Shown: positions 40,295 to 50,201 of the stretch, piece after piece
How positions within the stretch are numbered: the stretch's first letter is position 1
Layout: each line of letters begins with the position of its first letter
IMG/VR virus record: IMGVR_UViG_3300024966_000001
Coordinates: 9,381 to 73,380 of that record
Origin: a virus
DNA length: 64,000 nucleotides
Reading direction: 5' to 3' (one strand)
The notes under the pieces: generated by a model
Told to the model about the DNA's origin: nothing
Seen by the model: the letters and a program-made list of their open reading frames with translations, nothing else
The model's database searches: none
Made by a program: the position numbers and the translations under genes

Positions 40295-41830
40295 ATGGCG
40301 AAAATCTTCTCACAGCTTGGTATATCAAAGCGTCAATTTATGACGACGCATGTTGATCCTGCTAAGCAAATTTCACAGGCCGATACATTCCTTTACGGTT
40401 CTGGAACCACCACAGTAGCAACGCTGTTAGGTTCCGGTAGGCGCGTAGCCAAGGCCCGGCAACTGATCTATGAAAAGTGGTCGACCATGGAGGCTGACGC
40501 AATATGCTCATCGGCTTTGATGCTACTTGTTACCACGGCACTCGGCGGGCATGAAACCACCGGGCAAATGGTCTTCATCGAAAAAAACCCAAAGCACCAA
40601 GACGACAAGCGCATGACTGCTATGGTCGACGAGATTGCCGAAGATTTGACCGGGCTATTTAATCGTGTCGCCTATCAAATGGCCTATACCGGGTCCGCAT
40701 TCGGCGACTCTTATGCACGTATTTACAGCAATGGCCGTGGCGTTATCGACCTTTACACGGACGAAATGGTTCGTCCGCCACTGGTACAGCCGTTTGAGCG
40801 CGGTAGTCGCACTGTCGGCTACGCGGTCTATGTCGGAGAGCGTAATTTCGAAAAACTGGACGTTACCCAGCTGGCCCGGTTAAAAATGCCGCGTACCCAG
40901 TGGGTGCCGCAGAACGGCGTTGTCGAAAAATCATTGCGGATTGCGATTACTGAAGACGATCCTGATAAGCTGCCAATTATGCCCGCTATGGCCGGCGGCT
41001 CATTGCTTTATAACGCCGAAGAATCATATGACAACATGGTTGCATCCTTAATGGGCTTGGTCGGCCAGCGCTGGATGGATTCGATTGATGAAAAAATGCT
41101 CTCGGTCAATCTGGAGTCCATGACCGTTGACCAACAAGACAAGTTCGTCGGCTCGATTGTAAAAATGCTCAAGCGGTCAAAGGAGCTGGCCGAAAATGCC
41201 GTCAAGGGCGGAAAGCCGATCATGGAGCGTATCCGGCATATCATTCCGGTATTCAATGAAAAGCAAGTCACGCAAATTGACGCATCCGGCGCACAAACAG
41301 GCCGTTCCGGGACTATTTCCATTGAAGATGTCATCCTACATGCCCGGCTAATGTCCGGCGCTATTGGCGTTGATTTGGCGATGCTGGGTTTTGCCGACCA
41401 GCTCAGCGGCGGACTTGGTGATGGTGGTTTTTTCAGGGTATCGGCTCAGGCCGCAGAGCGCGCGCGGGTGATTCGTTCGGCACTGGCCGATTTCTTCAAC
41501 GATGTCATCGATATTCATACCCTTAAGCGCTATGGCGTGGTTTTCCCGGCCAATGACCGGCCTTGGGCAATGAATTTTTATGGCTCCATTTCCTCACTCG
41601 AAGCCGAAAGGCAGCGCAGCAAAGTAGACGGCGCCAACGCGGGAATGGTCTTGGCGCAAGCCATTCAAATGTTCAAAGACATGGGCTGCACGTCTGAAAT
41701 TTTAGCGGACATACTCAGCAAAGAATTTCTGCTAGACGAAGAGCAAGCCAAAATGTACGCCAAGATTTTGGATGTTAAGCCGCCCGAGCCGCCTGAAGGC
41801 GATGGCGGCAATGGCGGTGGGTTTCGATGA
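40295..41830 (+). CDS. Portal protein (P1 Prt-like)
   Basis: R..IY.KW..ME.D...SSAL; FGDSYARIY; GGS.L..AEE.Y; LGFAD.LSGGLG.GGFFR.S. Confidence 0.8.
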   Translation: MAKIFSQLGISKRQFMTTHVDPAKQISQADTFLYGSGTTTVATLLGSGRRVAKARQLIYEKWSTMEADAICSSALMLLVTTALGGHETTGQMVFIEKNPKHQDDKRMTAMVDEIAEDLTGLFNRVAYQMAYTGSAFGDSYARIYSNGRGVIDLYTDEMVRPPLVQPFERGSRTVGYAVYVGERNFEKLDVTQLARLKMPRTQWVPQNGVVEKSLRIAITEDDPDKLPIMPAMAGGSLLYNAEESYDNMVASLMGLVGQRWMDSIDEKMLSVNLESMTVDQQDKFVGSIVKMLKRSKELAENAVKGGKPIMERIRHIIPVFNEKQVTQIDASGAQTGRSGTISIEDVILHARLMSGAIGVDLAMLGFADQLSGGLGDGGFFRVSAQAAERARVIRSALADFFNDVIDIHTLKRYGVVFPANDRPWAMNFYGSISSLEAERQRSKVDGANAGMVLAQAIQMFKDMGCTSEILADILSKEFLLDEEQAKMYAKILDVKPPEPPEGDGGNGGGFR

Positions 41831-42732
41831 GCCTATACGACGACATTTCAAACTCACTTTCCACAAAAGGACTGACAACCGCAGTAGGCGACGGAGTTAA
41901 CTCGGCGCTGGGCGGCGTCGGTGAAGGTATAGCTGGAGCGCTGGGTGGCGGCACATTCGGCAAGGCCGTTTCCAATATCGGCACCAGCATGGCTCGTAAT
42001 GCCGCCGTCGGCCTGGTCAATAAATACGTACCAGCCAAAGTGCAGCGCCTGGCGAATGCCGGTACCGGTGCATTGGGCGACATCATGAACGGCGATTTTA
42101 ACAATGCCGGTCTTCGCCTGCTGGATTCTGGACTGCTCAGCGAGTTTCTGCCCGGCATGGATGGCGTCGGTTCTCAAGCTCGATACTGGGGAACGCCGAC
42201 GCCGCTATTTGGCGGCATAACCCCGGCAGAAGCACGAAGCATCTATCAAGAAATGCGCAGCAATCAATATTGTCGTAAGAATTTATGGCTGATTGAGGTT
42301 GAAAGCTGGCTGCTTGATGATGTTTCAGGCCGATTCAATATGTTTGCTATCGATCTTGAATATACGCCGCTGACTATCTCCGGCGAAAAACGTAAGATCG
42401 GCGCAGCCCATGTGGATTGCGTCAACTCGTCCGATCCGATTGAACTGCGAATGACCACGATGGATGATACCAGTGGATTTGTTAAAAGCTGGTTCCGCAC
42501 CCATTGCGCCGCCGCAGCCGCACCAGACGGCACTGTAGGCGTTCCATCCGAATATGCTATCAAGATAAAAGTCGTTCACGGCTTCATTACCCAGAGCAGT
42601 AACCTTGGCGGTTATCAGGATCTTGGGTTATTCCGTTGCGCATCAATGGACGTAAGCCTGTCCCGTCGTGAAGATGGGTTGCAAGAACTACCGTTAACAT
42701 TTGTCCAGTTGGACACCTTTATTAAACCGTAA
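41827..42732 (+). CDS. Tail tube-like/baseplate protein
   Basis: Gly-rich N-terminus and tube-like C-terminus; lies before the tape measure gene. Confidence 0.55.
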   Translation: MSLYDDISNSLSTKGLTTAVGDGVNSALGGVGEGIAGALGGGTFGKAVSNIGTSMARNAAVGLVNKYVPAKVQRLANAGTGALGDIMNGDFNNAGLRLLDSGLLSEFLPGMDGVGSQARYWGTPTPLFGGITPAEARSIYQEMRSNQYCRKNLWLIEVESWLLDDVSGRFNMFAIDLEYTPLTISGEKRKIGAAHVDCVNSSDPIELRMTTMDDTSGFVKSWFRTHCAAAAAPDGTVGVPSEYAIKIKVVHGFITQSSNLGGYQDLGLFRCASMDVSLSRREDGLQELPLTFVQLDTFIKP

Positions 42733-42735
42733 ATC

Positions 42736-45312
42736 ATGCCTCTACAATCCGACTCACAAGGCTTTTTAATCGGCGATGTCGTTACCGATATTCGCCGTGC
42801 AACCGATCATCTTCTGGCAATCCGCGCCGATATAAGGGCAATTAAAAACGCAGTTTCCGGCGTGTCGCCTGGGAGCCGAGAAAGCGGCAATGCTCGCGGT
42901 TCCGACAGCGGAGGCAGTATCCGCGCCAATAGTCTCCGCAGTAGCACTGCTACACCAACCGGCTCGGTAGGTGGAAATCCAAGTCCGGCGATTAGGGATT
43001 TATCATTGATAAATTCCAATGAAGTGGCTACGCCAGGTGGAAGAACCCGTGATGCTTCTGGAAGATTTATTGCAAACAGAAATGCCGGGGCGGATTCATC
43101 TGGAGCGCCAGGTGATGATCCCGAGGATAAAAATAAAAATAAAGAAAAAGAACAGGGTCGCCTTTTAAATGGCTTCGCAAACCGGATTGCCACAGCCATA
43201 ACCGCAACAACTGCTGGCGCCGAAGAAGCCGATCCAACCATCAAAGCATTTAAAGAAGTCGCTGAACCGCTTGCCCGAGGTTATGAAATATTTGCCGGTG
43301 GTGACAAAAAAGAGCGCTGGTATAGGAAAATATTTGGCGTACTCAATAAGATTAGAGGAGAAGAATCGATATTCAACCGCATAGCCAGAAGTTTGCATAA
43401 TATTGAGAATAACCCTGGCGGATCGGGTGGTGCCGGTGGAAGTGGCGGTAGTGGTGGAGTAGGTGGCGGCTTAATAGGCATGTTGGCCGGGCTGATGGGT
43501 GGTAGAGGCTTGCTTGGCGCGGGTAGAGGATTGCTTGGTGCTGGAGCGGGATTATTAGGCGGCGCAGGAAGGGGTTTGCTTGGTGCAGGCAAGGGATTAT
43601 TTAAGAGAATACCTATTCTTGGCGCCCTACTTGGTGGCATGACAGCCGCTTCTGATGTTTACGGGGCTGAAAATGATAATACCTTAGCGCGCGGGGAAAA
43701 AGACAGGCGAGACGGCAAAGCGGCCGGCGGCTTGGCCGGAAGCTTCGCGGGGATGGCAGCAGGAGCTAAGCTGGGTGCAATGGCGGGAGCTTTTGGTGGC
43801 CCCATTGGTGCGGCTATAGGGGGGGTAGTCGGCGGCGCAGCGGGAATGTTCTTCGGTGATCAAGCTGGGCAAATTATCGGCGAGAAAATGGGGGAATGGA
43901 CAACCCAACTTCGTGAGGCGGACATACCTGGCAAGATTGTTGGGGCGTGGGAAACAACAACCAGTGCCATAAAAAGCGGCTGGGACGGCGCTTTAAAGCT
44001 GATGTCAGATACTTGGGGCAAAGCCAAAGACCTTGGCAATGCGGCTAATGACTTTGTGAAGGACAAGACCGGGATTGATGTAAAAGCAGAAGTTAAAAAC
44101 GCCTATGACGACGTAGTTAAATATACCACAGATACCGTTATTCCATCCTTAGTAGACCTGAAAAACAAGGGGGTTGATGCAGCGGGAAAGGGTGCTCAAT
44201 GGGTTGGTGAGAACACGACAGTAGGCAAAGGAGCCAAGGCCGCATGGAATGGAATGAAATCAATTGGTGATATTTTACGTGGTGGCGAAAGTGGTAAGGA
44301 GGGCTATAACGCATATAACCGCGGTACTGGGTTAGGATCAAATGGGCATAGAGATTTAACCAATATGACCATTGCTGATATTCAATCAGCTCAAGAATTA
44401 CCAAAGAGCGATAAAGGCAGATTAATGGCTGTTGGCAAATATCAAATGATGCCGTCAACATTAAAAGAGGGGGCTGAAGCATTGAAGCTTGGGTCGGATG
44501 CAAAATTCGATGAAGCAACTCAAGAGAAGCTATTTAGTCAGTACCTACTTGGCAAGAAGCGCCCACAAATTCAAGATTACATCACAGGTAAAAGCGATGA
44601 TGCGCAAGCTGCTCAAATAGCCGGCGCAAAAGAATGGAGGTCGATTGCTGACCCGCGAACAGGAAAAACCTATGCAGATAAAGGCGCTTCCGGCAATAAA
44701 GCATCTATTTCATCGGATGACTGGTTGTCGTCGATGGATGCAGCTAAAAAACAATACCAAGAGAACCTAAAGCTGGGTTTAAATGAAACAGAGGCATACA
44801 GCAAGGCCGTTTCCGGACTACAAGCGGTCACCGCTATTAATGAAGCGGGAACGCCAACCGCCATGCCGTCTTTAGCCGACGATCCAACCCAGAGCGGCCG
44901 CTTCAAATACGAAACGCTTGAAGGCGGAACTGTTCAAGTAACTGATAGTCAAGATGGTACGATTTCACTTGCCAGCGACGAGCAGGCCAACGCCTACAGA
45001 AAGCAGCAGGGTAAGCCGTATTTAGATGCGTTTGCTAAGGCCAATAACCCGGATTCTTACAGGTCGCTTAATAGCTTCGTATCGGGACCAGGCAACGCCG
45101 CCCAGGTGCAAGTTGCCTCAGCACCGCCCATAAAACCGCCGGTATTCGCGCCGCCTCCGCCAATTCCCGAAGCACCGCCGATAATCGAGCCGCTGGCCAG
45201 TAATTCAAACCGCAGTATGACGGTATCGATGCCAGCACAGGATGTTGGACAGGATGTTAAGGATAGAGGGATTGCGCACATTGTTACAGGAGGATATTCA
45301 AGTCGCGGGTAA
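42736..45312 (+). CDS. Tape measure-like protein with a lysozyme-like domain (P1 Sit-like)
   Basis: Gly/Ala-rich repeats; GESG..GYNAYNRG...AVGKYQ.MP.TL...KFD..TQE...EWRS. Confidence 0.8.
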   Translation: MPLQSDSQGFLIGDVVTDIRRATDHLLAIRADIRAIKNAVSGVSPGSRESGNARGSDSGGSIRANSLRSSTATPTGSVGGNPSPAIRDLSLINSNEVATPGGRTRDASGRFIANRNAGADSSGAPGDDPEDKNKNKEKEQGRLLNGFANRIATAITATTAGAEEADPTIKAFKEVAEPLARGYEIFAGGDKKERWYRKIFGVLNKIRGEESIFNRIARSLHNIENNPGGSGGAGGSGGSGGVGGGLIGMLAGLMGGRGLLGAGRGLLGAGAGLLGGAGRGLLGAGKGLFKRIPILGALLGGMTAASDVYGAENDNTLARGEKDRRDGKAAGGLAGSFAGMAAGAKLGAMAGAFGGPIGAAIGGVVGGAAGMFFGDQAGQIIGEKMGEWTTQLREADIPGKIVGAWETTTSAIKSGWDGALKLMSDTWGKAKDLGNAANDFVKDKTGIDVKAEVKNAYDDVVKYTTDTVIPSLVDLKNKGVDAAGKGAQWVGENTTVGKGAKAAWNGMKSIGDILRGGESGKEGYNAYNRGTGLGSNGHRDLTNMTIADIQSAQELPKSDKGRLMAVGKYQMMPSTLKEGAEALKLGSDAKFDEATQEKLFSQYLLGKKRPQIQDYITGKSDDAQAAQIAGAKEWRSIADPRTGKTYADKGASGNKASISSDDWLSSMDAAKKQYQENLKLGLNETEAYSKAVSGLQAVTAINEAGTPTAMPSLADDPTQSGRFKYETLEGGTVQVTDSQDGTISLASDEQANAYRKQQGKPYLDAFAKANNPDSYRSLNSFVSGPGNAAQVQVASAPPIKPPVFAPPPPIPEAPPIIEPLASNSNRSMTVSMPAQDVGQDVKDRGIAHIVTGGYSSRG

Positions 45313-45313
45313 A

Positions 45314-46025
45314 TCATTTTCCTTTCAAAGCATCCCGTAAGCCAGCAATTCCTTTTTTATGGGATTCTGCGTTAAACGCTTTTGGCTCTGTTTTTTTCGG
45401 TGCTTTTGAACGTGAATCTTCGAGCGCTTTGCGAACAGATAGTCCTTTATCAAACGATACCTGCGCGCAATCTTGAATACCGCGAACATCAAATTCATCT
45501 ATTTCTTCGGAAGCCAAAGCTTCGGCAAGGCCAATGGCCGCCAATGAAGACATTTTTGCATGGTCGCGGATGTTTATTTTTTTTGGAAGATTTGGCTTGT
45601 TCTCGCGAATGCCTTGTTCTATTTCAGATTTATTCTTGTTAAAAATGCCCTTGTAAATCTTATTGGTGCATTGGCCTATTTCATGGCCGGGCTTAACATC
45701 ATGCTCTATCAGAGTTGATGTATAAACTTTACGTGTGTCGATATACTGCTCGCGCTTAGAGATCCATTGATCGTCATGCCCTTGATTTTTCCATGACGCC
45801 TTTGCTCTTTCTCGGCTCCGAGTTATACCAAGCTCGGGATCTATAGTTTCTTCGAGTCTTTCCTTAAACACCTGATTAACAGCAAGATGAAGCTCTGGAG
45901 AAAGATATTGCGCATAAGACAAAGCGAGCTGCCAGTGCGCCCAGGTGCCGCCATTAACTCCACGTCTTGTTTTTAAAACGGGGGATTTACCCCCATTTAT
46001 TGATTCTATTACCTTTTTGGCACTA
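45314..46025 (-). pseudogene. KilA-N domain protein, apparently 5'-truncated
   Basis: KTRRG.NGGTWAHWQLAL.YAQYLSPELH is present; the first half of KilA-N and a credible start are missing where the DUF6471-like gene begins. Confidence 0.55.
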
Positions 46026-46050
46026 ATTAACCTGACATGAGATTTAAACC

Positions 46051-46272
46051 ATGCAAACACAAGACTGGCAGGCGACCGCAAAGAACATTCTAAAAGCAGA
46101 GCTAAAGCGTAAGGGGGTTGATTACGAAACCCTTGCTGAGAAGCTTAAGGGATTTGGGATAGAGGAAAGCTATAACAGCATCAATACCAAGATCAACCGG
46201 GGAACCTTTACCTTTCAGTTCTTCTTGCAGTGCATGAAGGCTATCGGAGTTAATGACATTAGACTTTACTAG
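46051..46272 (+). CDS. DUF6471-like small HTH protein
   Basis: W...AKNILKAELKRKGV.Y..LAEKL...GI.ES...I..KINRGTF...FFLQC..AIG. Confidence 0.8.
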   Translation: MQTQDWQATAKNILKAELKRKGVDYETLAEKLKGFGIEESYNSINTKINRGTFTFQFFLQCMKAIGVNDIRLY

Positions 46273-46371
46273 AGGAAGCATAAAAATATAAATGGGAATA
46301 ATTTGGGAATATTTTGCTATAAATTTTCAGTTTTTGTGTATAATGGATTATCGAAAAAAGGTAAGAGGATT

Positions 46372-46995
46372 ATGATGATTTCAAGCGCTGAAGCTGTAGA
46401 AATTTTAGAGTTACATTTTGCTGCATTTCATAAAGTCGCGCATGATGCGTGGGATGCATATTTGGAAATACCTGAGAAATCCAGAATGGGACTCTCCAAG
46501 CGTTCAAGAGCTAGCATAGTGCATGATTACATGATTCTTGAAGCTGCAAAATATGCGGACTCAGCAGATGGAATTAAGTTATTTAATCTTAAAATGCTAT
46601 ACGGATTGGTAATTGACAATGTTGCCATAAGGTTTAAAAAATTTAATGAGCTCAATTTATCAAGCAATAATTTAACCGCTCAAGTTAAAAATTTTAGGAA
46701 CCAGCTTCAAATAGAAGGAATTCCAGCCATTTGCCACCTAGAAGTTGGATATAGCCTAGATGATCATGAAAAAGAAATTTCTCAAGTTACGCTGGCATGT
46801 CCGGGTGGAGTAAGAAGTAACATTTGGGAAATGGAGCTCAATGGGGCAGAAGCTATTCCATTAGTTGAAAACATATTTGATTCAATTAAAAAGGACGACA
46901 TAAAACCTTCAATAATCAAATCGAAGAAAAAAGGCGAGGTTATCCCGATTGGAATAGCCTCAGGAGAGCAAAAAGATGGTAACGACGACAAGTAA
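46372..46995 (+). CDS. Hypothetical protein, putative toxin/effector paired with the HTH-peptidase
   Basis: RSRASIVHDYM...IRFKKF...SSN..T.Q...F..Q...GY.LD; overlaps the next gene; AT-rich. Confidence 0.6.
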   Translation: MMISSAEAVEILELHFAAFHKVAHDAWDAYLEIPEKSRMGLSKRSRASIVHDYMILEAAKYADSADGIKLFNLKMLYGLVIDNVAIRFKKFNELNLSSNNLTAQVKNFRNQLQIEGIPAICHLEVGYSLDDHEKEISQVTLACPGGVRSNIWEMELNGAEAIPLVENIFDSIKKDDIKPSIIKSKKKGEVIPIGIASGEQKDGNDDK

Positions 46996-48082
46996 AATTA
47001 ATGGAGACCTACTAATTCTTGCTAGAGAATATCGTGCAATAACGCAAGAAGAACTCGCAAAAAAAATAAATATTGCCCAATCTACTATCGCAAAAATTGA
47101 AAATGGCATTAAAAATGATGTTGATAATGAGATGGCTGAATTAATATCCAGAGAACTAGACTTTCCCGTCGAGTTTTTTTATCAGCAAGAGGATATTTTG
47201 AGTTTTGGATCGAGCGCTTATTTTTATAGAAAGAGGGCAACAATGCCTGCATCTGAGCGAAAAAGAATCCATAGCATTGTTAATATCACAAGAATAGGTA
47301 TAAAAAAAATTCTTAAATTTGTTGATATTGAGCCTACCTTGTCTCTTCCTGAAGTAGAAATTGATGAATATGGCAATAGCGCCTCACAAGTTGCAAAAGC
47401 GATCAGGGTTTTTTGGCATTTAGCCGACGGCCCAATAAAAAATCTTACAGGATTGTTAGAAAGCGCAGGAATTATAATAATTCCATGTGATTTTGGCACG
47501 AGAGCAATCGACGCGACCAGCTTAAGACTCTCTGAGATGCCGCCGCTTATCTTTATAAATAGAGACATTCCTGGGGATAGATGGCGATTTACTTTAGCTC
47601 ATGAGTTAGCTCATCTGATCATGCATCGAATTCCTCACGAGAGAATGGAGCAAGAGGCAGATGAATTCGCAGCAGAATTTTTAGTTCCTGAAATTGAGGT
47701 TAAACCCCAATTCAGAATGATTCCAACTTTAAAACTACCGGATTTAATAAAATTAAAAGAATTTTGGAAGGTTTCTATAGCTATGCTTGTAATGCGCGCA
47801 AAGTCGCTGGATATAATTAATGACACACAAGTGCGCTATCAATTCATGATGTTAAGTAAAAGTGGTTATCGTATTAATGAACCAGCTCCTTTACAAAAAG
47901 AAGTTACAAGTAGTATTGGCAGGATTCTATCTGCAATGGTTGATGACAGCGGATTAACAAAAGAAGATATAGCAACAGCACTCAAGTGGTCTGTTCGCGA
48001 TACGGAATATTTACTTCCTTTACCGTTTCAGGTCAATAGAACTCAGTTACGACTTGTAAGGCAGGGTAATAAAAGATATTAA
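46976..48082 (+). CDS. XRE-HTH plus ImmA/IrrE (M78) metallopeptidase
   Basis: LAREYR..TQ.ELA...IAKIENG; RWRFTLAHELAHL (HEXXH); E.EAD.FAAEFL.P. Confidence 0.92.
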   Translation: MVTTTSKINGDLLILAREYRAITQEELAKKINIAQSTIAKIENGIKNDVDNEMAELISRELDFPVEFFYQQEDILSFGSSAYFYRKRATMPASERKRIHSIVNITRIGIKKILKFVDIEPTLSLPEVEIDEYGNSASQVAKAIRVFWHLADGPIKNLTGLLESAGIIIIPCDFGTRAIDATSLRLSEMPPLIFINRDIPGDRWRFTLAHELAHLIMHRIPHERMEQEADEFAAEFLVPEIEVKPQFRMIPTLKLPDLIKLKEFWKVSIAMLVMRAKSLDIINDTQVRYQFMMLSKSGYRINEPAPLQKEVTSSIGRILSAMVDDSGLTKEDIATALKWSVRDTEYLLPLPFQVNRTQLRLVRQGNKRY

Positions 48083-48242
48083 TAAGATTCGAGCCAATGA
48101 CGCGCCAACGTCATTGGCTCCTAGTGACATGGAAGTCGAGCATCCCTCTGTCACCTACAGCTTGTCCTAGCAGACTCCATGAATAATAGTCTATTCATAG
48201 GTTGTAGGCAAATATTGCTCTCCATATTACTTGGAGATAAAC

Positions 48243-48371
48243 ATGAGAAATGTTTACAACAGAGTAAAAGATGTATTTGTTAACAAATATACTCGATTCC
48301 GTTTCGGACGTATCGAGCATGTTTGCCAACATTGGCGGTCGCATCCTGGGCAGCTAGATTTGTTTAATTAA
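48243..48371 (+). CDS. 42-aa basic peptide with a C-terminal QLDLF motif (not in the ORF track)
   Basis: GGAG SD; MRNVYNRVKDVFVNKYTRFRFGRIEHVCQHWRSHPGQLDLFN; followed by a terminator. Confidence 0.7.
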   Translation: MRNVYNRVKDVFVNKYTRFRFGRIEHVCQHWRSHPGQLDLFN

Positions 48372-48382
48372 TACTGCTATTT

Positions 48383-48420
48383 TGCCGTGCCATTTGAAAA
48401 TAATGGCGCGGCATTTTTAT
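48383..48420 (+). terminator. Terminator hairpin between convergent genes
   Basis: TGCCGTGCCATT...AATGGCGCGGCA-TTTTT. Confidence 0.7.
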
Positions 48421-48473
48421 TTCCGCCTTTGTGCGGCTGCTACATAATACTGAAAAATAACGAAAGTTGTCAA

Positions 48474-48767
48474 TTACTCGGATTTTTTAACAAGTTCAAC
48501 TGATATTAATTTTTTAAGTGTTCCGCCATATTCATTTTTTTCCACCATTGCAGTGGCTTTGCAAACATCGCCGCCATGACATTTATCAAATATTTTTTTT
48601 GACTTTGGGTCATTAGAAATAAAGGTTATGTCATTGCCACTTTCGTCAGTAATTGATGAGTCTAACGTACCGTATTGCAATACTCCGGTGACAGTTACTT
48701 TCTCATCTTTTGCTTGAGCAGAAAACGCAATAAATAATCCTAACGCCATAACAACAACTTTTTTCAT
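48474..48767 (-). CDS. Small exported protein (moron)
   Basis: GGAG SD; signal peptide MKKVVVMALGLFIAFSAQA; C..G..C. Confidence 0.75.
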   Translation of the reverse strand: MKKVVVMALGLFIAFSAQAKDEKVTVTGVLQYGTLDSSITDESGNDITFISNDPKSKKIFDKCHGGDVCKATAMVEKNEYGGTLKKLISVELVKKSE

Positions 48768-48862
48768 ACCATTCTCCAAATTTAATCGCTAACAAAAATC
48801 ATAAGCCGCGCATGGTCGCCGAAGCTGGGCGTTATGTCAATCGTGTTAGGGTGCATAAAGTC

Positions 48863-48902
48863 GGAAAATCAGAGAAAAGCTTTATAAATCCATGAATATA
48901 AT
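48863..48902 (+). promoter_or_regulatory. Putative late promoter 8, antisense to 48942..49256
   Basis: GGAAAAT-N27-TATAAT. Confidence 0.55.
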
Positions 48903-48941
48903 AAAGCCAACTATCGGGGCGTGTCGCTTGCTCGGTCGTAC

Positions 48942-49256
48942 TTAGTTTGTTTGCAGTAAAGACATGACATTGCAGGCCAAGCCAATAATTTGCATGAAAA
49001 AACCGGCTGCTAATAACTTGGTCCCGGTTTTTTCTGCCTCATTGACTTGGTTATGCATACCATGAATCTGAATATTACGAATATTCTCCCCCCTTGCTCT
49101 GGCGGCATTGACTTGAAAATTAATATCCAGCGCCCGGACAGCCAAAGAGAGCGAGCCAAGAATTTTTGTAACCCTCCACGATACAAGCAAGGTTCCAATA
49201 AACATGAAAACAGCACTCAGTATTTTTAATAGATTTACATCAATTTCGAGGATCAT
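48942..49256 (-). CDS. Two-TM membrane protein (moron)
   Basis: Hydrophobic N- and C-terminal helices. Confidence 0.6.
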   Translation of the reverse strand: MILEIDVNLLKILSAVFMFIGTLLVSWRVTKILGSLSLAVRALDINFQVNAARARGENIRNIQIHGMHNQVNEAEKTGTKLLAAGFFMQIIGLACNVMSLLQTN

Positions 49257-49260
49257 AAAA

Positions 49261-49476
49261 ATGTGGCCATTTAAAAAAAGTAAAAAATCAGAACCTGTAA
49301 AAGATTTATATTCGTTTACTCCTCAAGACGATATTACCGCTCTTGAATGTGCTGATTTCTTAAGTGATTCGACTAGGTTCAGAATTATAACCGAAGACTA
49401 TGTAAGCAATCTTCCCGACTCGATGAAAAGGCATTTCCAAAAAATATCTGCATCCGATTGCGAGTCCAAGCAATAG
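49261..49476 (+). CDS. Hypothetical protein (MWPFKK...)
   Basis: GAGGA SD; F.PQ.DITA.E.A...LP...KRHF. Confidence 0.55.
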   Translation: MWPFKKSKKSEPVKDLYSFTPQDDITALECADFLSDSTRFRIITEDYVSNLPDSMKRHFQKISASDCESKQ

Positions 49477-49504
49477 CTCGGGATAAGCCGCTTTTTTCGC
49501 CATA

Positions 49505-49544
49505 GGAAAACGGTGTAAATACAACTAAATTTAGGCAATAACAT
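49505..49544 (+). promoter_or_regulatory. Putative late promoter 9
   Basis: GGAAAAC-N27-TAACAT. Confidence 0.55.
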
Positions 49545-49574
49545 AATGACTCTATAATTTTTACGGAGTCAATT

Positions 49575-50201
49575 GTGAGCAATTTAATCAAAAGCAACGC
49601 GGTCGCAAGACTTCTTTCTGTGACCATGCATACTATCCGCGACATGCGGCGTGACGGACTTCTTCCGCTGCCTGTTGTTGTTGGAAAAAGCGAGTTATGG
49701 GTTGATGCTGAGATCGAATCCTGGCTAAAGTGCAAGTTAGCCGAAAGAGAGGGGTGCAACATGGATGTTGTTAACGACCTGCCTTGGCCTCCTGTTTTGT
49801 TGAGTGGCAGACAGGTAGCAAGTATTTTTAAGGTAATGGATGATACCGTCTTGGTCCTTGCCAAGGCCGGTAAATTACCAGGCGCAATTATCATCGCAAA
49901 GAAAAATTCTTACCGATGGGTTAAGTCTGAAGTTTATGACCTCATTAAAAAGCTTCTTTTAGAGAGAGGTTGCGCTAATGAAATACCTTCCGAGCCTGTT
50001 TTGATTGGCGCAAATGAAGTCGCTATAAAATTAGGTTTCACAAATTCCGGCTATATATCAGCGCTCAGCAAGAAAGGGGTACTGCCCAAGCCAATCACGA
50101 TAGGAGGCAAGCTACTTTTTTGGGTTGAGTCTGAGATTCAGGAATATGCTGACAGCAAAATAGCGGAGCGTGACGCGGCTGTTGATGGGGGTGCGGAATG
50201 A
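49575..50201 (+). CDS. Protein with three tandem AlpA/Xis-like wHTH domains
   Basis: Three repeats of VA..L......G.LP.P...G....W..SE(I/V). Confidence 0.75.
   Translation: MSNLIKSNAVARLLSVTMHTIRDMRRDGLLPLPVVVGKSELWVDAEIESWLKCKLAEREGCNMDVVNDLPWPPVLLSGRQVASIFKVMDDTVLVLAKAGKLPGAIIIAKKNSYRWVKSEVYDLIKKLLLERGCANEIPSEPVLIGANEVAIKLGFTNSGYISALSKKGVLPKPITIGGKLLFWVESEIQEYADSKIAERDAAVDGGAE

Noticed and set aside
43420-43600. Gly-rich GRGLLGAG repeats in the tape measure gene
   Set aside because: Degenerate peptide-level repeats typical of tape measure proteins
46019-46050. IS1595-type end beside the DUF6471-like gene
   Set aside because: No transposase or matching inverted repeat found by eye
48787-48837. 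attC-like CGCTAAC...GGGCGTTATGT
   Set aside because: Only 51 bp, R boxes poorly complementary and no clear L boxes; at best a remnant
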